From: Schmidtea nova
Taxonomy: Eukaryota
Reading direction: 5' to 3'
DNA length: 64,000 nucleotides
Assembly (NCBI GenBank): GCA_044892505.1
Contig: CM097882.1
Span: forward strand, 376,216,001-376,280,000
Below, one piece after another: positions 12,636-26,405 of the stretch. Both the position numbers and the translations under genes were made by a program. The notes below the pieces were generated by a model. It was not told the origin of the DNA. It made no database searches and saw nothing but the letters and a program-made list of their open reading frames with translations. The number at the start of each line of letters is the position of its first letter. Position 1 is the stretch's first letter.

Positions 12636-12872
12636 CCCCTTTCTGCATGAGTGTTCATATATGAACATAATTAATTAAGACTCGAAAATATTCTTTTTTC
12701 ATAAAAATATTATTTTGTTTCTGGTAACATTCTTAAGATGCAACCCTGTTTATTCTAATTTAGTACCAAAAACTGTCAAGTGGCGCTAATGAACCTACTT
12801 TTTTAAATGTAACGGTTACTATTCGGCCATTTTGTGTTGTAGCTGTCAGTCGGTAATTCATGCTGGAAGGGG
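12636..12872. mobile_element. piggyBac-type MITE
   Basis: TTAA on both flanks (12632-12635, 12873-12876); TIRs CCCCTTTCTGCATGA / CCCCTTCCAGCATGA (13/15); no ORF. Confidence 0.8.
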
Positions 12873-14665
12873 TTAATGAATGACAGAGATTATTTTCAAA
12901 ATGACAATGCAATTAATGCATTTCAATGCAATTTCAATAATTATATCGGTTATTCAGAATTATCGCCGATAATTTCTAATATTTGTTCAGTTTGCAAACT
13001 GACGCGAAATCACTTTTATTACTAGAAGAAATAATCAGTACATAAGATTTGCTGGTTGATGTCAATGATTATTCTTTCGTGAATTAACGTCAACATCCTT
13101 TTTGTTTGTAAATATTTTTCCTCTGACAATATAATAATAATTAAACAGCTATGACGATTTTACTAATTGCTTTACAGTTCGCGATACCCAGAATTCGTGT
13201 TGGAACTCATTCATACTGTATAAAATTGGAAATCCTTAATTTTCAAGAAATATGAATATAATATAAAAATTTTCAAGTCAATCAAAATATATTTCAAGTA
13301 AAATTTAAAATTTTACATGTGTAATAATTATGTATTCTATTATTCGATTTGAGTAAAGGGTTTTTTGGTTGATATTATGAATTCTTATTTAAATGAACTG
13401 TAAATGATTAAANNNNNNNNNNNNNNNNNNNNNNNNNNNNNNNNNNNNNNNNNNNNNNNNNNNNNNNNNNNNNNNNNNNNNNNNNNNNNNNNNNNNNNNN
13501 NNNNNNNNNNNNNNNNNNNNNNNNNNNNNNNNNNNNNNNNNNNNNNNNNNNNNNNNGTTGTTTTGGATAATTTATCCCTTAAAAGATAGAAATAAATGAG
13601 AAAATAATCAAAATCCAATATCAAATTTCAATTATTATTATGCATATTATGTGACAATGTTAATATTTGATATTTTGTGATTTTTCATTGATGACTGACT
13701 CAAATCCATATTTGTGACAAAATTAATAATATTTCCCTTTTGAAGTGCTTAGTCAATTCATGCCTTAATTATGCTAGAAATTTCCAAAAACAAAAAAAAC
13801 AAAATTTCAGATTTATTCGTAGTAATTTACATTGTTATCTCTGAAAATATATTGATTTTTTTGAAATTCCAGATCTTTTTAAAAAATATATATTTTATAT
13901 TATTTTTCATAGTTTTTCCAATTAAATTTCAGTTGTATTAAATGATATTTTTGAATTAAGACTCTCGGTCTCAAAATTTTGCCTCAGTTTTTCTATCGTT
14001 TATTAGTGGAAATATTTTTTTAAAAAAATTAATTTATTTTAAACAATTCCAAATAATAGACAAAAATTTCAGTATTAATTGGCTTTTAATTTCAATGGAA
14101 TATTTTTAATTAAATTGAAATTAAATTTTAAAATTAAATTTACAGATCTTTTAAATGTTTGGTTTATTTATTTGGTTTATTATTTATATTTATTTCAAGC
14201 AAATTTTTTTATTAATTATTATCAAATGGCATGTGCTCAAATCAGTTTTGTTAATGAGCCAAAATGTTTTCTCTGGTAGGCTGGGATGTTTCTGGTGCCT
14301 TAGGCAAACAATGTTTTTCTTTGATTCAAGGATTCAAAATATTCCAAATGTGGCTTGAATCACGAATTTCATATGTGAAAACGGGGGAATTAGAAATCTC
14401 ATAAATGATGACTTTGTGTCACTTTTACTTGGTGATAACAAGTTATCGCTATTGATAGTTTCTTCTTTTGGAAGAACTTATATCAGAAATATGTCATTAC
14501 AACCCTAGAAAAAAGAAATATGCTCTTCAAAAGAATAATTGAGCCATTGATTAATAATTTTTGGGCACTGTTAATAATTTATATAGTACGTATAAATAAT
14601 AATAAATTGAATATATATTCATAATTGTCTTTTTTCACCTTTCATCTTTTTTTATTATTATTTTC

Positions 14666-14824
14666 AATAATTCCCATAATGAGTATAGATCAATATTTCT
14701 TTAAAAAAGCACTCAATATTTCGGCACAGCCTTTATTTTTTTATTTTTACTTGATAAAGGCTCTGCCGAAATATTGAATACTTTTTTAAAGAAATATTGA
14801 TTTAAAGTCATTATGGGAATTATT
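14666..14824. repeat. Foldback (long imperfect inverted repeat)
   Basis: Arms of about 70 bp (AATAATTCCCATAATGA...ATCAATATTTCTTTAAAAAAG...AATATTTCGGCACAGCCTTTAT) and their reverse complement around a loop of about 18 nt. Confidence 0.85.
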
Positions 14825-14833
14825 AAAAATAAT

Positions 14834-14876
<43 letters not shown>

Positions 14877-15839
14877 TCCATGTTTTTATAAGTAGTAAAC
14901 CAACTTCCGAAGATCACATCGGATAAAATTGGTGCAAATGAAAGAATTGTTATTAGAAGCAAGACAATAACAATTAACAATTTATTTTAAATAAAATACC
15001 CTAGGCTCAAGGAAGTTTTATTTTTATTATTGGTAGATTTTTATGAATCTTAAAGCTATTGGTGTATAAATCATCATGAAAATGAGGTATTCCATAAATA
15101 CGTAAGAGAAAAGAAAATGCAACATTTCCCAAAGTATCTGCTACCATTAGCAAGTTCACTCATCCTCTACAACGTCCATATATTTCTACTGTATAAATAT
15201 TACCTCTGTAATGAGAAATATATTGGATGTATTATTTGATTGAAATCAGCATTTTAATATATTTATTATTACTATATATGCCTCTTGTGATTCAATACAG
15301 TTCTATTGAGACGCTTATTATATACATGAGAGATGTTTCGGTGATCTTGTGGACAACAGAAATATCTGTAAAACTGGCATTTACTTATTCCCAAAGTGTA
15401 AATTAATTAAAAACTCAAATTCAATTTCATCATTGAAGCCATGTGAAAAAACTTGTGAAAACGAACGAATGCATATGGAGAAAATACATTGAAACTTATG
15501 GAAAATAAAAATAAGAAGGAAGGAATATTTTAATAGTAAAGGACTGATTAATACTTCGTGAAGGCTGGGTTACATATTGTTGAATCTAAATCAAGATTCC
15601 TAAATTTCAATTACTAAAATTAATAATTATTGAAACAGAATTTAGATATATTTTATGTCGTTTTGTGAGCAATAATTTTTAAAAAAACTATTAAGTTTGT
15701 ATTGCTTAATGCATGGGCGCCCAAAGATCATAGAAAGCTTGGCCAAAATTGATTATTACAAAGGATTATGGTCGCACAATATTTTAATTCAATTCAATAC
15801 ACGAACCAACGGGCTTTTCACCTATGGTGATTATAAATA

Positions 15840-16200
15840 GCCAGGAAACTCTCAAACACCACATACCGTTTGTACACAGTTGGTGCAACATGATGACACG
15901 AAGACATTTTCCTTTACTAAGTAGATATAAAAATGGAAGCCATTGTTTGGGCTAATGGAGAACCCATGGCGACGCCATCCACTTGTTTATACCATTCATT
16001 GTTAAACAAAAAGTTAACATCTGACATTTCGAATTCAAGCAATTTGCGAAACGCAATTTATCAACATTCTTATGTTCAAAATTATTTTCATTCCACATTT
16101 CACAATTTAAATCAATCGTTTCCGCCAATGGAAAAAAACTACAAACAATAAATGAAATCATAATTTCATCATCAGAATTTTTCTTCAATGCAGCAATGAA
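15840..16200 (-). pseudogene. Penelope-like element RT fragment
   Basis: Across frames: MISFIVCSFFPLAETID (SFDV.SLF..VP..ETI-like), FNNEWYKQVDGVAMGSPLAQTMASIF, PTVYKRYV. Confidence 0.8.
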
Positions 16201-16449
16201 TGAAGCAAATTCAAAGCTATCCTTACATTTTATTTTAAATTAAATTTTGATATAGTTTGAGGATGATTATTATTAATTAGTTTGTTTAGATATTGCATAT
16301 TTTCTATTTGTTGTTTATTATTATTATTATTTATTATTATTTGCATATTTTCTATTTATTGTTTATTATTATTTGTCGTTTTTCTATTGCACACTTAAAA
16401 TTCAAGAATTAATTTCAGAATTATGAAAAATGATTTTGAAGTTGTGAAG

Positions 16450-17130
16450 AAGCCTATAAACTGAGTGGCAAATTTAACACAAATTATAAAAGATTTCGGA
16501 AATCTTATGAATGAAATATTAAAAACTATAAAATTATAACGAGTATGTTTTTAATCAAAAAATGCACGATTCCTTTGTAATCCCATCAAACTGATAACAA
16601 TATCTTTTTTGATGAATATCAAGTTTTTAGGTTGTTTGTGATGGTTCAACTTGTTTGCGCCATGATCTTTTCGAACAATATGGTTGTGTTCAATCAAATT
16701 TTCATCACTAGTTATCATATTTTTCAAAATTGTTTCATTTTCATTACGTTTAAAAAACATATCGCGAGTGCTAGTGCATTTTGTTAAGTGGATTTATTTA
16801 AGTTCGTGAGAAACTCTTATATCGAATTTTTTAGGTATCCAACGTGTTTTAAACGCTTTTCAATACATGTATGTCATACATTTAGATTCTATGCAATTTC
16901 TGGTGTTGTATTATGATGATCAGTGCCAGTTATTGCTTTAGTTTGGTCGTCATCAACTTCAACGGATGAACAGAGTGTTCCTTATCTTTGAGTGAAAAAT
17001 CAATTGAACAAAATATAGCATATCAATTTTGACTCTGATGTTCTTTTAAGGCTTTATCGCCATGCACAGCACGTAACTTTTTGTGAGCATGCGATGCATA
17101 TTTACCTTTGGTAAAATAATAAATCAAAAT
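16450..17130 (-). mobile_element. Degenerate mariner (Tc1/mariner) transposase remnant
   Basis: NASHAHKKLRAVHGDKALKE..QN*YA.F...DFSLKD, EVDDDQ-like segment, RNENETILKNMITSDE (TGDE-like); many stops and frameshifts. Confidence 0.85.
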
Positions 17131-17183
17131 ATGACGATAATTATCGTTTTGTTTCACCATATTTTAATTGACGTCAGACAAAC

Positions 17184-17327
17184 ACTGCCCTCCTTATCAA
17201 ATAGACCGTAACTGACAAAACTACAAAAATCGAGTTAGAGGCGTCAACTGTACTGCCCTCCTTATCAAATAGACCGTAACTGCAAAAATACACTTAGGAG
17301 ATAAATAATTTATCTCCTAAGTGTATT
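17184..17327. repeat. 31-bp perfect direct repeat pair followed by a perfect 20-bp-arm palindrome
   Basis: ACTGCCCTCCTTATCAAATAGACCGTAACTG at 17184-17214 and 17252-17282; AATACACTTAGGAGATAAAT-A-ATTTATCTCCTAAGTGTATT at 17287-17327. Confidence 0.9.
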
Positions 17328-19685
17328 CAGAGGCATAAACATGCTTAAAAATACAACCAATGCTATCTATCAGTGAAATCCGCATTTACATAGTTGCCGA
17401 TCTATTAGTTTGATTATTAATTTGTATGAAATTGCTATTTGAATTATTATAACAATTCTCTCAAGAGTATTTGTTTAAATAATAACAATAAGAAGAGAAT
17501 GTAATATATTTTACATGACTTCATTGAAGCAATCAAACCTAATCACAGCTAATTGTTTTAATACATTTACTTTTATAAAAATACAATACTGTACGTTTGT
17601 GTTAAATATACATTACTGATCTATAGTTGAAAATTGATAAATTTTACTAAAAAAACAAATAAAATATATTTTAAAATTAATATTGACATGGTAAGTATGT
17701 GTAATGAATGTAAATTGGTAAATATAATTATAAGAGCAAAGGAATACTATTTACCCTTTAGACAACCGAGTTCATAGGCAAATGGTGGATGTCAGCTGGT
17801 AAGGATAGAGAACTATTAAAACAAAATCTCTAATTAAAAACTGCTTATAAGTGCAAAATATCTTATGAATATTGATTTTTCAATAAATGGTTTCGTAAAG
17901 GACTTACGGACTCCGTCCTTGTTTTTGTCTGGCTTCATGTGTAACCTTTGAAAGTCATTTTATTTCCCCTTGGCTAATAAATATATTTAATCCAGATTAG
18001 ATTGCTTATAAAATTATAATAGTGCTAAGTCTTTTTGAAGTTCTTGGCATTTTTGGATAAACCTGTGATATAAGTAAGGAATTTTCATGGATCATTAGGT
18101 TTTCCTCATATTTTTAGTCGCTGCAGAACGGGATATAAGAATAACACAATTGTGATGAAAAATAAAGTTAAATGAACTATGAAATTCTTAGCAAATATTT
18201 ATTGACATTCCACATTTTCCAGCTGCTCTATTTTTGTNNNNNNNNNNNNNNNNNNNNNNNNNNNNNNNNNNNNNNNNNNNNNNNNNNNNNNNNNNNNNNN
18301 NNNNNNNNNNNNNNNNNNNNNNNNNNNNNNNNNNNNNNNNNNNNNNNNNNNNNNNNNNNNNNNNNNNNNNNNNNNNNNNNNNNNNNNNNNNNNNNNNNNN
18401 NNNNNNNNNNNNNNNNNNNNNNNNNNNNNNNNNNNNNNNNNNTAATAAAAAAACAAAATATGATTTTGTTGCAAAGTTTTATTAAGTAAAAATGTTAAAT
18501 AATCCTTACCAATCTTTGTGTGTAAGGTCTGAGCCTGACTCGGGCTTTTTGAAAGTATAATATTATAGTTTCTTGTTACCTGCAATAATTAAATATTTAA
18601 TAAACTCTGCTAACGACAAAACAATTTATATTTAATTAAATATTTAATAATTAATAATTAATAACAATAAATAATAAATAATAAATTTTCACCTAATTGA
18701 ACTTTGCAGCGAAGACTTATCTTGTTATTTATTAATAATTTAATATTTAATTAATGCTGCTACAAAGAAGCTATCATTTTATATTGCTCATTTTTATTAT
18801 TTGAATATTATCAACAATATTACTACTCAATTTCTGGAAGAACGAAGTTATTTATAAAAAGTAAATAAATAAAAATCGAAACAGTAATTGATTTCTAAAA
18901 ATATTAAGTTCTATAATTTACGGATTCTTTCAGTTAGTAATTCAGTGAAAGAAATTATTGAAAATTACTTTTTAAGTAATTGTCTATTAATTCAAATTGA
19001 AGAATCAGGAATAGCAAAATTCATCAAATTATATTTTTGTCCATTAACTGTCTAGAATGAAATTTATTTTAAAGTTTTTTTTTAAACTTTCAAAATTAAT
19101 GAGGAATAAATTATATTTTAAAATTTTATTTTATTCATTGAAATGTATAAAAACAATAAAAATAAGGGATAAATAATTAACCTAATTTAATTTTTAAAAA
19201 ATTATAATGACTTTAATAATAAAGAAATATATTTTGTCATTCTTTTAATTACTTTTATTAATTGTATAATAATTTTATATTTTGAGTTTTGAGTTTTTTA
19301 AAAACTATTTCATGTACACTTTAATTATACACTTTATATTATAATAAAATAATTATATATATATATATATGCGTGTGTGTGTGTGTGTTTCTATATGTTT
19401 CCGAATTCATAATCATGTACACTTATTTCTATTTCGTTCACCTTTGATCTTTCCTTTAATAGTACCAGTCTCCTTTGGTACTGACGTTCCATTGATTTTA
19501 AAAAGGAACTCAGTTATTAATAGTTGCATTTTTTTAAGACACGGTTTATGCTATCTCTTTATATATTATAATAAAAATGATAAAATAAAGAATACTGTTG
19601 AATGCTCGGTGTGAGTAGAACTTAGGATACTTCTTTATGTATTATTATTGTGTATGTATGATTGCAAAAGTTATTTTAATAGAAT

Positions 19686-20293
19686 TGTTGGTTTTATACC
19701 TTTTGTCGATGGAATTAACTTCTCGGTCTGACTCCTCGTGTTCAATATTAAGATAAAAGACAAAACTCCCTACAAAATATATATTTACACAAATTTCAGT
19801 TAATTCACAAAAACTGATTAAAAACTGATTAAGATTAGTTATAGTTTAATTAATTAGTTATAGTTTTCCTTTTGATTTCGATTCTGGTATAGATTTTTAT
19901 TCAATTTTTCGCTTCGACCGAACTGTCAATTTTCATTTTTTGCCAGAGCTGTTATAGCGTTTCGTCCCATAAAATTTTGGATAGAGATTAAGAAGTTTGG
20001 GCAATAATACATTGCCAATTCTCTTAATCTCTACAAGCCTATTAGGATGGCAATCAAGTTGTTGTACCTTGAGGCTAAATTAAAAATAATTTAATTAATT
20101 AGTTGGTTTTTTGGCTTCTGGCCCTTCAATAAACTTCTAATAAATTTGAAATTAGTTTATTCCTTTTTGTCATTTAATTTACCACCGGTTACCACTTCCC
20201 CTCCCCCCGAAAAATATTGATTTTTATTTTTTTTCAGATTTTTAATTAATTTTAATTGATTTTGAAAATTTTTTATTTTGTATAACCCCAACA
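19686..20293 (-). mobile_element. Solo LTR, relative of the 1400-6002 family
   Basis: TGTTGG...CCCCAACA termini, 4-bp TSD GAAT, shared CTGACTCC..GTGTTC motif near the start. Confidence 0.85.
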
Positions 20294-20399
20294 GAATTCA
20301 GGCCGCTTGTGATAAATTAAATAAACCGTTGTAAAAGAAGAACGAAATATTTTAAAATTCATGTTACATTAAATTCGTGTAAAAACAAGAAACCGGTAC

Positions 20400-21113
20400 A
20401 ATAGGTTTATTAACTTTCAAAACAATTTACAAGATTTTCAATATGCCTTTTAAATTTATTTGCACTTTTCACTAAATAATATGGTAGGTAACCCAAAGGA
20501 AGACCGCCTTTAGATACTTATTAATTTTGATAGTTTCTTTACTCTGACTTGATTCATTCAATTCATTGTTTCTCTTATGTTTTTAATTTTTCGACAAAAT
20601 AGCAATTTTTTTCACAATTACCTCTGCTTAAATAGAGTTCTCTTTACAAATGAAATAATTAAATTAGGAACTGAACAGAAACTGAACAAGAACTCTCCTG
20701 AAAAAAAGTTAACAATTAACAATAATTACGATCATTGCTTTTTACCCGCCATCGCGTTTGCCTAAAAATAATTTTATCAGCCGCAAATACTGCTGGCTTC
20801 TCAAAGTTATTTAATTTATTTATTAAATTTGTTTACCGCTCAGGGTTTCCATACAGCAATTAAATTTATTTGTTTTTTTGCATTAATCTGTATTTTTTAA
20901 TATTTCTACTTTAGGGACTCCATTGATATTTTACCTTCTCGTTATTTGCCATCTGCTAATACCAATTTCCCTCGCAAAATATTGACATTTAATTTTTATT
21001 TAATTTTTGTACTTAATTTATTACTTTTTAAAATTTTTCCCTTTTTATTAATTTGCACACAGTTTTCTGGGCTTTTAACTTTACTTTTTTGACCAATTTA
21101 GACAACCCTAGCA
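20400..21113 (-). mobile_element. Old degenerate solo LTR, same superfamily
   Basis: GGGTTTCCAT motif, GGGACTCC, TTTGCCATCT..TAATACCAATTTCCC, and a decayed end GACAACCCTAGCA. Left boundary uncertain. Confidence 0.5.
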
Positions 21114-21246
21114 GTAATATAAAATATAATTATTGATATATCATATATTGTTATTGTTATTGTAAGAAGCAAGTTAAATTAATGTAAGCATTTAATTTAA
21201 TTACCTAATTTATTATTATTCAAATTACTTCTTTCAATAATAATAT

Positions 21247-22051
21247 TGTTGGGGTTGTTAAATAAACAGAAAATTCAAATTAAAAAGCACAAAGAATATG
21301 TGCGAATCGATAAAATACGAAAATTGGAAAAATAATAATTAAAAAGAAAACGTTAATTAAAACTATAAAATTCAAAAAATGATTTAGAAGGGGAGACTGG
21401 TATGGGAGGATTCCAAATGATGAAATGAATTCAGATATTGGTATATAAAGTTAAAAAGGGGTCCCCAGAAGAAAAGAATTAACAAATTAATTAAGAATTA
21501 ATTGGCTAATGGGAAACCCGAGACAATGGAGAACCCGAAGAGTGTGGAAAACCCGGACAATCAATATGACAGGTAATTATTCCTGAGAAAATTAACTTTA
21601 GGGTGACCCGGGGAGTGTAACTGACAGATGGAAAATTAAAATGTCAAATCAGAAACTAGTATTATACAGCTTCAGTGGAGTGGGAAACCCATCAACAGGA
21701 GCAGTATAAAAAGGAAAGACAAACATTAAATTTTGCCAGAATGGTCGAAGCAAAAGTAAGTGAAGTCAGCAAGTGAGGAGTTAAGAGCGATAAGTATAAA
21801 GTTCAAAACCAAATTTATTCTTCCAGCGTACCAGAAAAGGAGATCTTCCTTGGGGAGACTTATCCCTACGCGAAGTCAGAGAAGCAGTGATAAAAGTTAT
21901 TGTGAAATTTTGAAAAAGAGACTTGGTGTGTCAGGAAAGTGTGATTGTTACAAATAAATTCTTTTGTGTTGGGCTATTTTATTGAATCAAATTTAAAGAA
22001 CACCGAGGAGTCAGACTTACAGCACCGACTAAACATCACAAATACCCAACA
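21247..22051 (+). mobile_element. Solo LTR, relative of the 1400-6002 family
   Basis: TGTTGGGG...CCCAACA termini, TSD ATAT, GGGAAACCCG motif cluster at ~21505-21560. Confidence 0.9.
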
Positions 22052-22199
22052 ATATATTACAATTAAATCCGGGATCCTTCAAAAGTAAAATTAATTAATT
22101 TTAATTAAATTAAATTAAACTTTCATTAAAAATTCTGATGGGATGTGACCGGTGTCGGGGGTTTTGGTGGGACCAATTGTATTCTGATCATGGCATGCG

Positions 22200-22760
22200 T
22201 TTGTTTGAAAGAGACTAAATAATTTCACTCAAAAGTGGCATTAAAGCAATAAGAAATTGATGAATAAAAATGAAAATTTTTATTTTGATCCAACAAAATT
22301 GGTTACGAGATATTCGTGGGATCAATTCTAGTACGATATGAAAAAGAAATGAAAATAAAAGTCAACAGTTTCAATCTGGATCTACAAGTAACTGAAAACC
22401 TTCTAAAAAGACATTGCAATTTTGCTCACAATATTGATGTTGAAGGAAATGAAACATTTTGATTACACTAAATAAACTATTTGTTGATGATTGTATCAGG
22501 CAAGGACAAAATTAGACGATAATTATCTGAAAATTGAGTCAAAATTGAACAATCAGCAAATCCTGTTGACATTACTTGGTGAATATTATGACAAGAATTC
22601 CTGGATAGACAAAAAGTTACAGTAAATTAAAATCCTCCATAAATCTGCCAACACTCGAAGAGAAATTACATTTACTTCAAAAATATATGGCTTTAAAAGC
22701 GAAAATTTCTGCCCAGGTTAAGAATCGACTAAACTTGGTAAAAGTCAAAGATTTAGAAGT
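22200..22760 (+). pseudogene. Possible hAT transposase C-terminal remnant
   Basis: Decayed segments ENLLKRHC..NIDVEG and TKSYSKLKSS (ERSFSKLK-like dimerisation motif); heavily disrupted. Confidence 0.35.
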
Positions 22761-25700
22761 GCATTGATTCTATGAAAACATTTGAAAAGAAAACAAAAAG
22801 GTATCTAATGAGATCTAGACGTATTGAATGAGACATTTGTTAAACTCGGACCCTCAGAATGCACAGATGACAAATTGGATGTGGACATCAATCAACTCGC
22901 AGTTTTAACCAAGCATAGATCAGACTTTTTAAATGAATTACCGATATTTCAAGATTGTTAAGGATACGAAAGCTCTCTGAGATCGCGTTAATTTAATCCC
23001 TCAAAACATTATTTTATTAAAAAATGATTTTTCACACCGTTTTATCTCATTTAAGACCTTAAAATGTAAAATTAAATTCTAACATAGAAATTTCATACAC
23101 TCACTTTTTTGTTAAGGGTGTATTAGAGATATATTATATAATATCCTCATTATGAGGAAGAATCCTGTAAACTAGTAGGGAAAATAAAAATGAGCAGATA
23201 ATGAAAACGGTAGTTCATCGTATAACACTGAATAGCACCTTCTATAATACTAGTTGGTGTGTATTTCAGTCATTACTCATTATTTTTAACTGTATATTGT
23301 AAGAAATTTACATAAATTTATCATTTAAATGACTTTTAGTAATTTGCCAATATTATGATGGATTTATTTTTCGTATAAAGTAAGAAACTAAAGTAAATTT
23401 ATTTATTTGATAACATAATTGATTTGTGTTTTTGGGATTTCAAATAGTCTTCTAAATTGTAGATAATCTTTCCCATTTTCCATAGCATTCAGAATTTTGG
23501 CTTTGTCAACCTCTGAAATTCTATTACAATATAACATTTGTTAAATTTTAGCGAATGAAACATACGCTTTTTTAGTTTTTCTTTGTAAATCAAGCACTGT
23601 TTAACTTGATTGTTCTTCATTAAATGATACTCTGTGAAAATTTTGATTTAATTATATATAAAAAATATGTTGTACAAATTTGACTTATCATTTCCCCGAA
23701 AACTTAAGGTTGATCCTTCAAAAATATCGGAATTGCTGTAAAAATTTTTAATTAATTATAAAATAAAAAATAGATATTACAAAATGCCCTTTTAATTTTC
23801 TCATAAATTGAAAGTGGAGTCTTGAAAAATAATTTTTATCAAAGAATTTTCATTAGTTTCATTTTAAAAATCAATACAATTCAAATTAAGACACACCAAC
23901 TTTTTTGTGTGTCTAAAATTTATTATTGGGTATTAATGATTGATTAAATTTGAACGCATTAAAAGTTTGCATGCAGTTTTTACTATATAATGCCTTTTTG
24001 TGGTTTACAAATTTTTTCTACCCTTTTTCTCTACCACATAGTAAAAGGTACTATTCATTGTTAGCACACCGATAATACCCAGGTGAGTATTTGAAATTTC
24101 TATAGTATAATTTTATTTTATATTATAGGAGGCGTTATTCATCGTTGTACGGTGTGATTTATTGACATTTACATACCTTTTCTAACATTTATTGTATTTT
24201 TGTTTGTTAATTGGTATGTATTATAGAGATTTTATTCATCGTTAGCACACCACTAACACACAGGTGAGTGTATGCAATGTCTATATTATAATTTCATTTT
24301 ATATAATAGTGTTATACAGCGTAATTAAATGTACTAAGCAGGGGATTGTGTTGAATAACAGAATACGGTTTCTAGTGTTTATTATTATTTTGTGTATGTT
24401 GTGCATAAATAAGTCTTGTCGTAAAAATAAATAAAAAATAAATTAATAAAAAAATAATTAATTTAATGTATATAATTAGATAACATTAAAAAAGATTTTT
24501 TTATTGAAAGGTACTTAATATAATTAATTTATCGAATATATTTCAGTTCTAAAATGATTTTATTTGCTCCCCAAAATAAATTGTCTTGACGAAAGTAATT
24601 TATAGAAAACACTTAAACTTCATTGTATTTAGTACAACTTTTATGATCTAATCTTTTTAATTACTAAGTATAGTTATTTGTAGGTTGTTGATAGATTTTG
24701 TGTTAATAAGTGAAATATTGTTGAGCCCGAGAGAGTCCTACAAAAACAGTGTGTAGACACTCGGGGTGCTTGTTGTGTGACTTGTGGTGCGTGTAAGTAC
24801 AAATAATACAAAACAGAAAATTCAAATAACTAACAAACAAAACTAATCAATTTTTTAAACTTTTATTATTAAAAATTTGTAAACGCGCACTCACGTAATT
24901 TCGCAAATAAAGTAGACCTTTTTTTTAAAGTTCGATTTTGGGAATGATTTGAAGTTTCTTTAATATTTCCTTGGATATATTTTTTCTTTTATATAATTGC
25001 ACTAATTCTCTTTTAGCTCTCTAGTTGCTTGGAATTTGTTTCTTAATTTTTTAATTTATTAATCGATATCATTTATTTGTTAGCTTACTATAGTTTATTA
25101 CTATAGTAAGCTTAATTATTTTTAAAATTCAAATTTTAAAAATAATTTCTTCGTAAAAAAAATAATAATAAAAATAGTGACAATAATAAATATTACGTTG
25201 CCCTTTATATGCAGGGATGGGGGGATCCAACTCCATATTAATAACCCTAAAAAAACAAAACGCCTAATATAAAACAGATCACCATACCCAAATGTTGGGT
25301 TCACCACAACAACCACCCAAAATGTTCAGATTCTGCGGAAATCTCTGAAACTTTTTGCCTATAATTGACTCAACAGTCTTTCTGAACTTCCAATAATATA
25401 ATTTCTTTTACAAACTGCCTTTTCAGACTCTTGAAAGGGCGATATTGATTACTTTTGGGAAATACTTTTAAAATGTATTATATAATTATTTGTATTTTAA
25501 TTGTATATCTTTTTCCAGAAGGCAAGAGACTTGCTGGAATTTATAACTTGAAATTCAAAGAGATTTCTACAAGTTTGAATCATTGTGTTGATGAATTGTT
25601 AGTTCTACTTGTAACTGAAATGAGAAATGCTTCAAAAAGGACCGATAAACACAAAGTCAATTTCATCTCCAGAGGATTTCAAAGCACCCCATACAGATCA

Positions 25701-26405
25701 AGTTTACGTATTAAAGTTTCAAACAATGCAGTGTCCCGATTTATTCAAAAACATTTCAACAAATCTTCCGATAACGTTTCGATAAATGATTGACGATTTT
25801 GAAACAAATCAGACTTAATTAATTTTTTATTTAATTTTAATTCTTGATTAAAATTTGAATAATGAAGGACATTAAGAATTATCTCTCTTTATGATATAAT
25901 TGTCTTTCTTATCAATAGGAATCCGTATTGTGTTGTAAGGAATTTAACAAATTTAAATTTTTAATTTTTAAAATTATTTTTTTTCATCTTTGGATAATTT
26001 TCATTCGTGCCATCAAACCAAGATCTTTGTTTGCTTTGTAAAATTTGCAATGTCCGTCATTGAAATTTCAGAGTTCTTGTGGTTTTACTTTTCGAAATCT
26101 TCATGAATTTTTCAATTTCTTTTCATAAAGAAAATTAAAAATAAAAAAATATCTTGAAAGTTAAAATAACCTAAAACTTGTTAAAAAATTTATGGAACTT
26201 AAAAATTAATCTTTAAATTTTGTAAAACTAAATCGAACAATTGAATATGTTTGAATAATGCTGATTTTATTATAAGCTTGTGAATTATTTTGAAATAAAT
26301 TTTAATAATCATTTGAGTTTATTGATATTGGGGTTATTATAAAATGGTGATTTCTTGGTAGCAACATTAATTGTTTATTATTGGAGTTTGTGTAATTTAT
26401 GCATT

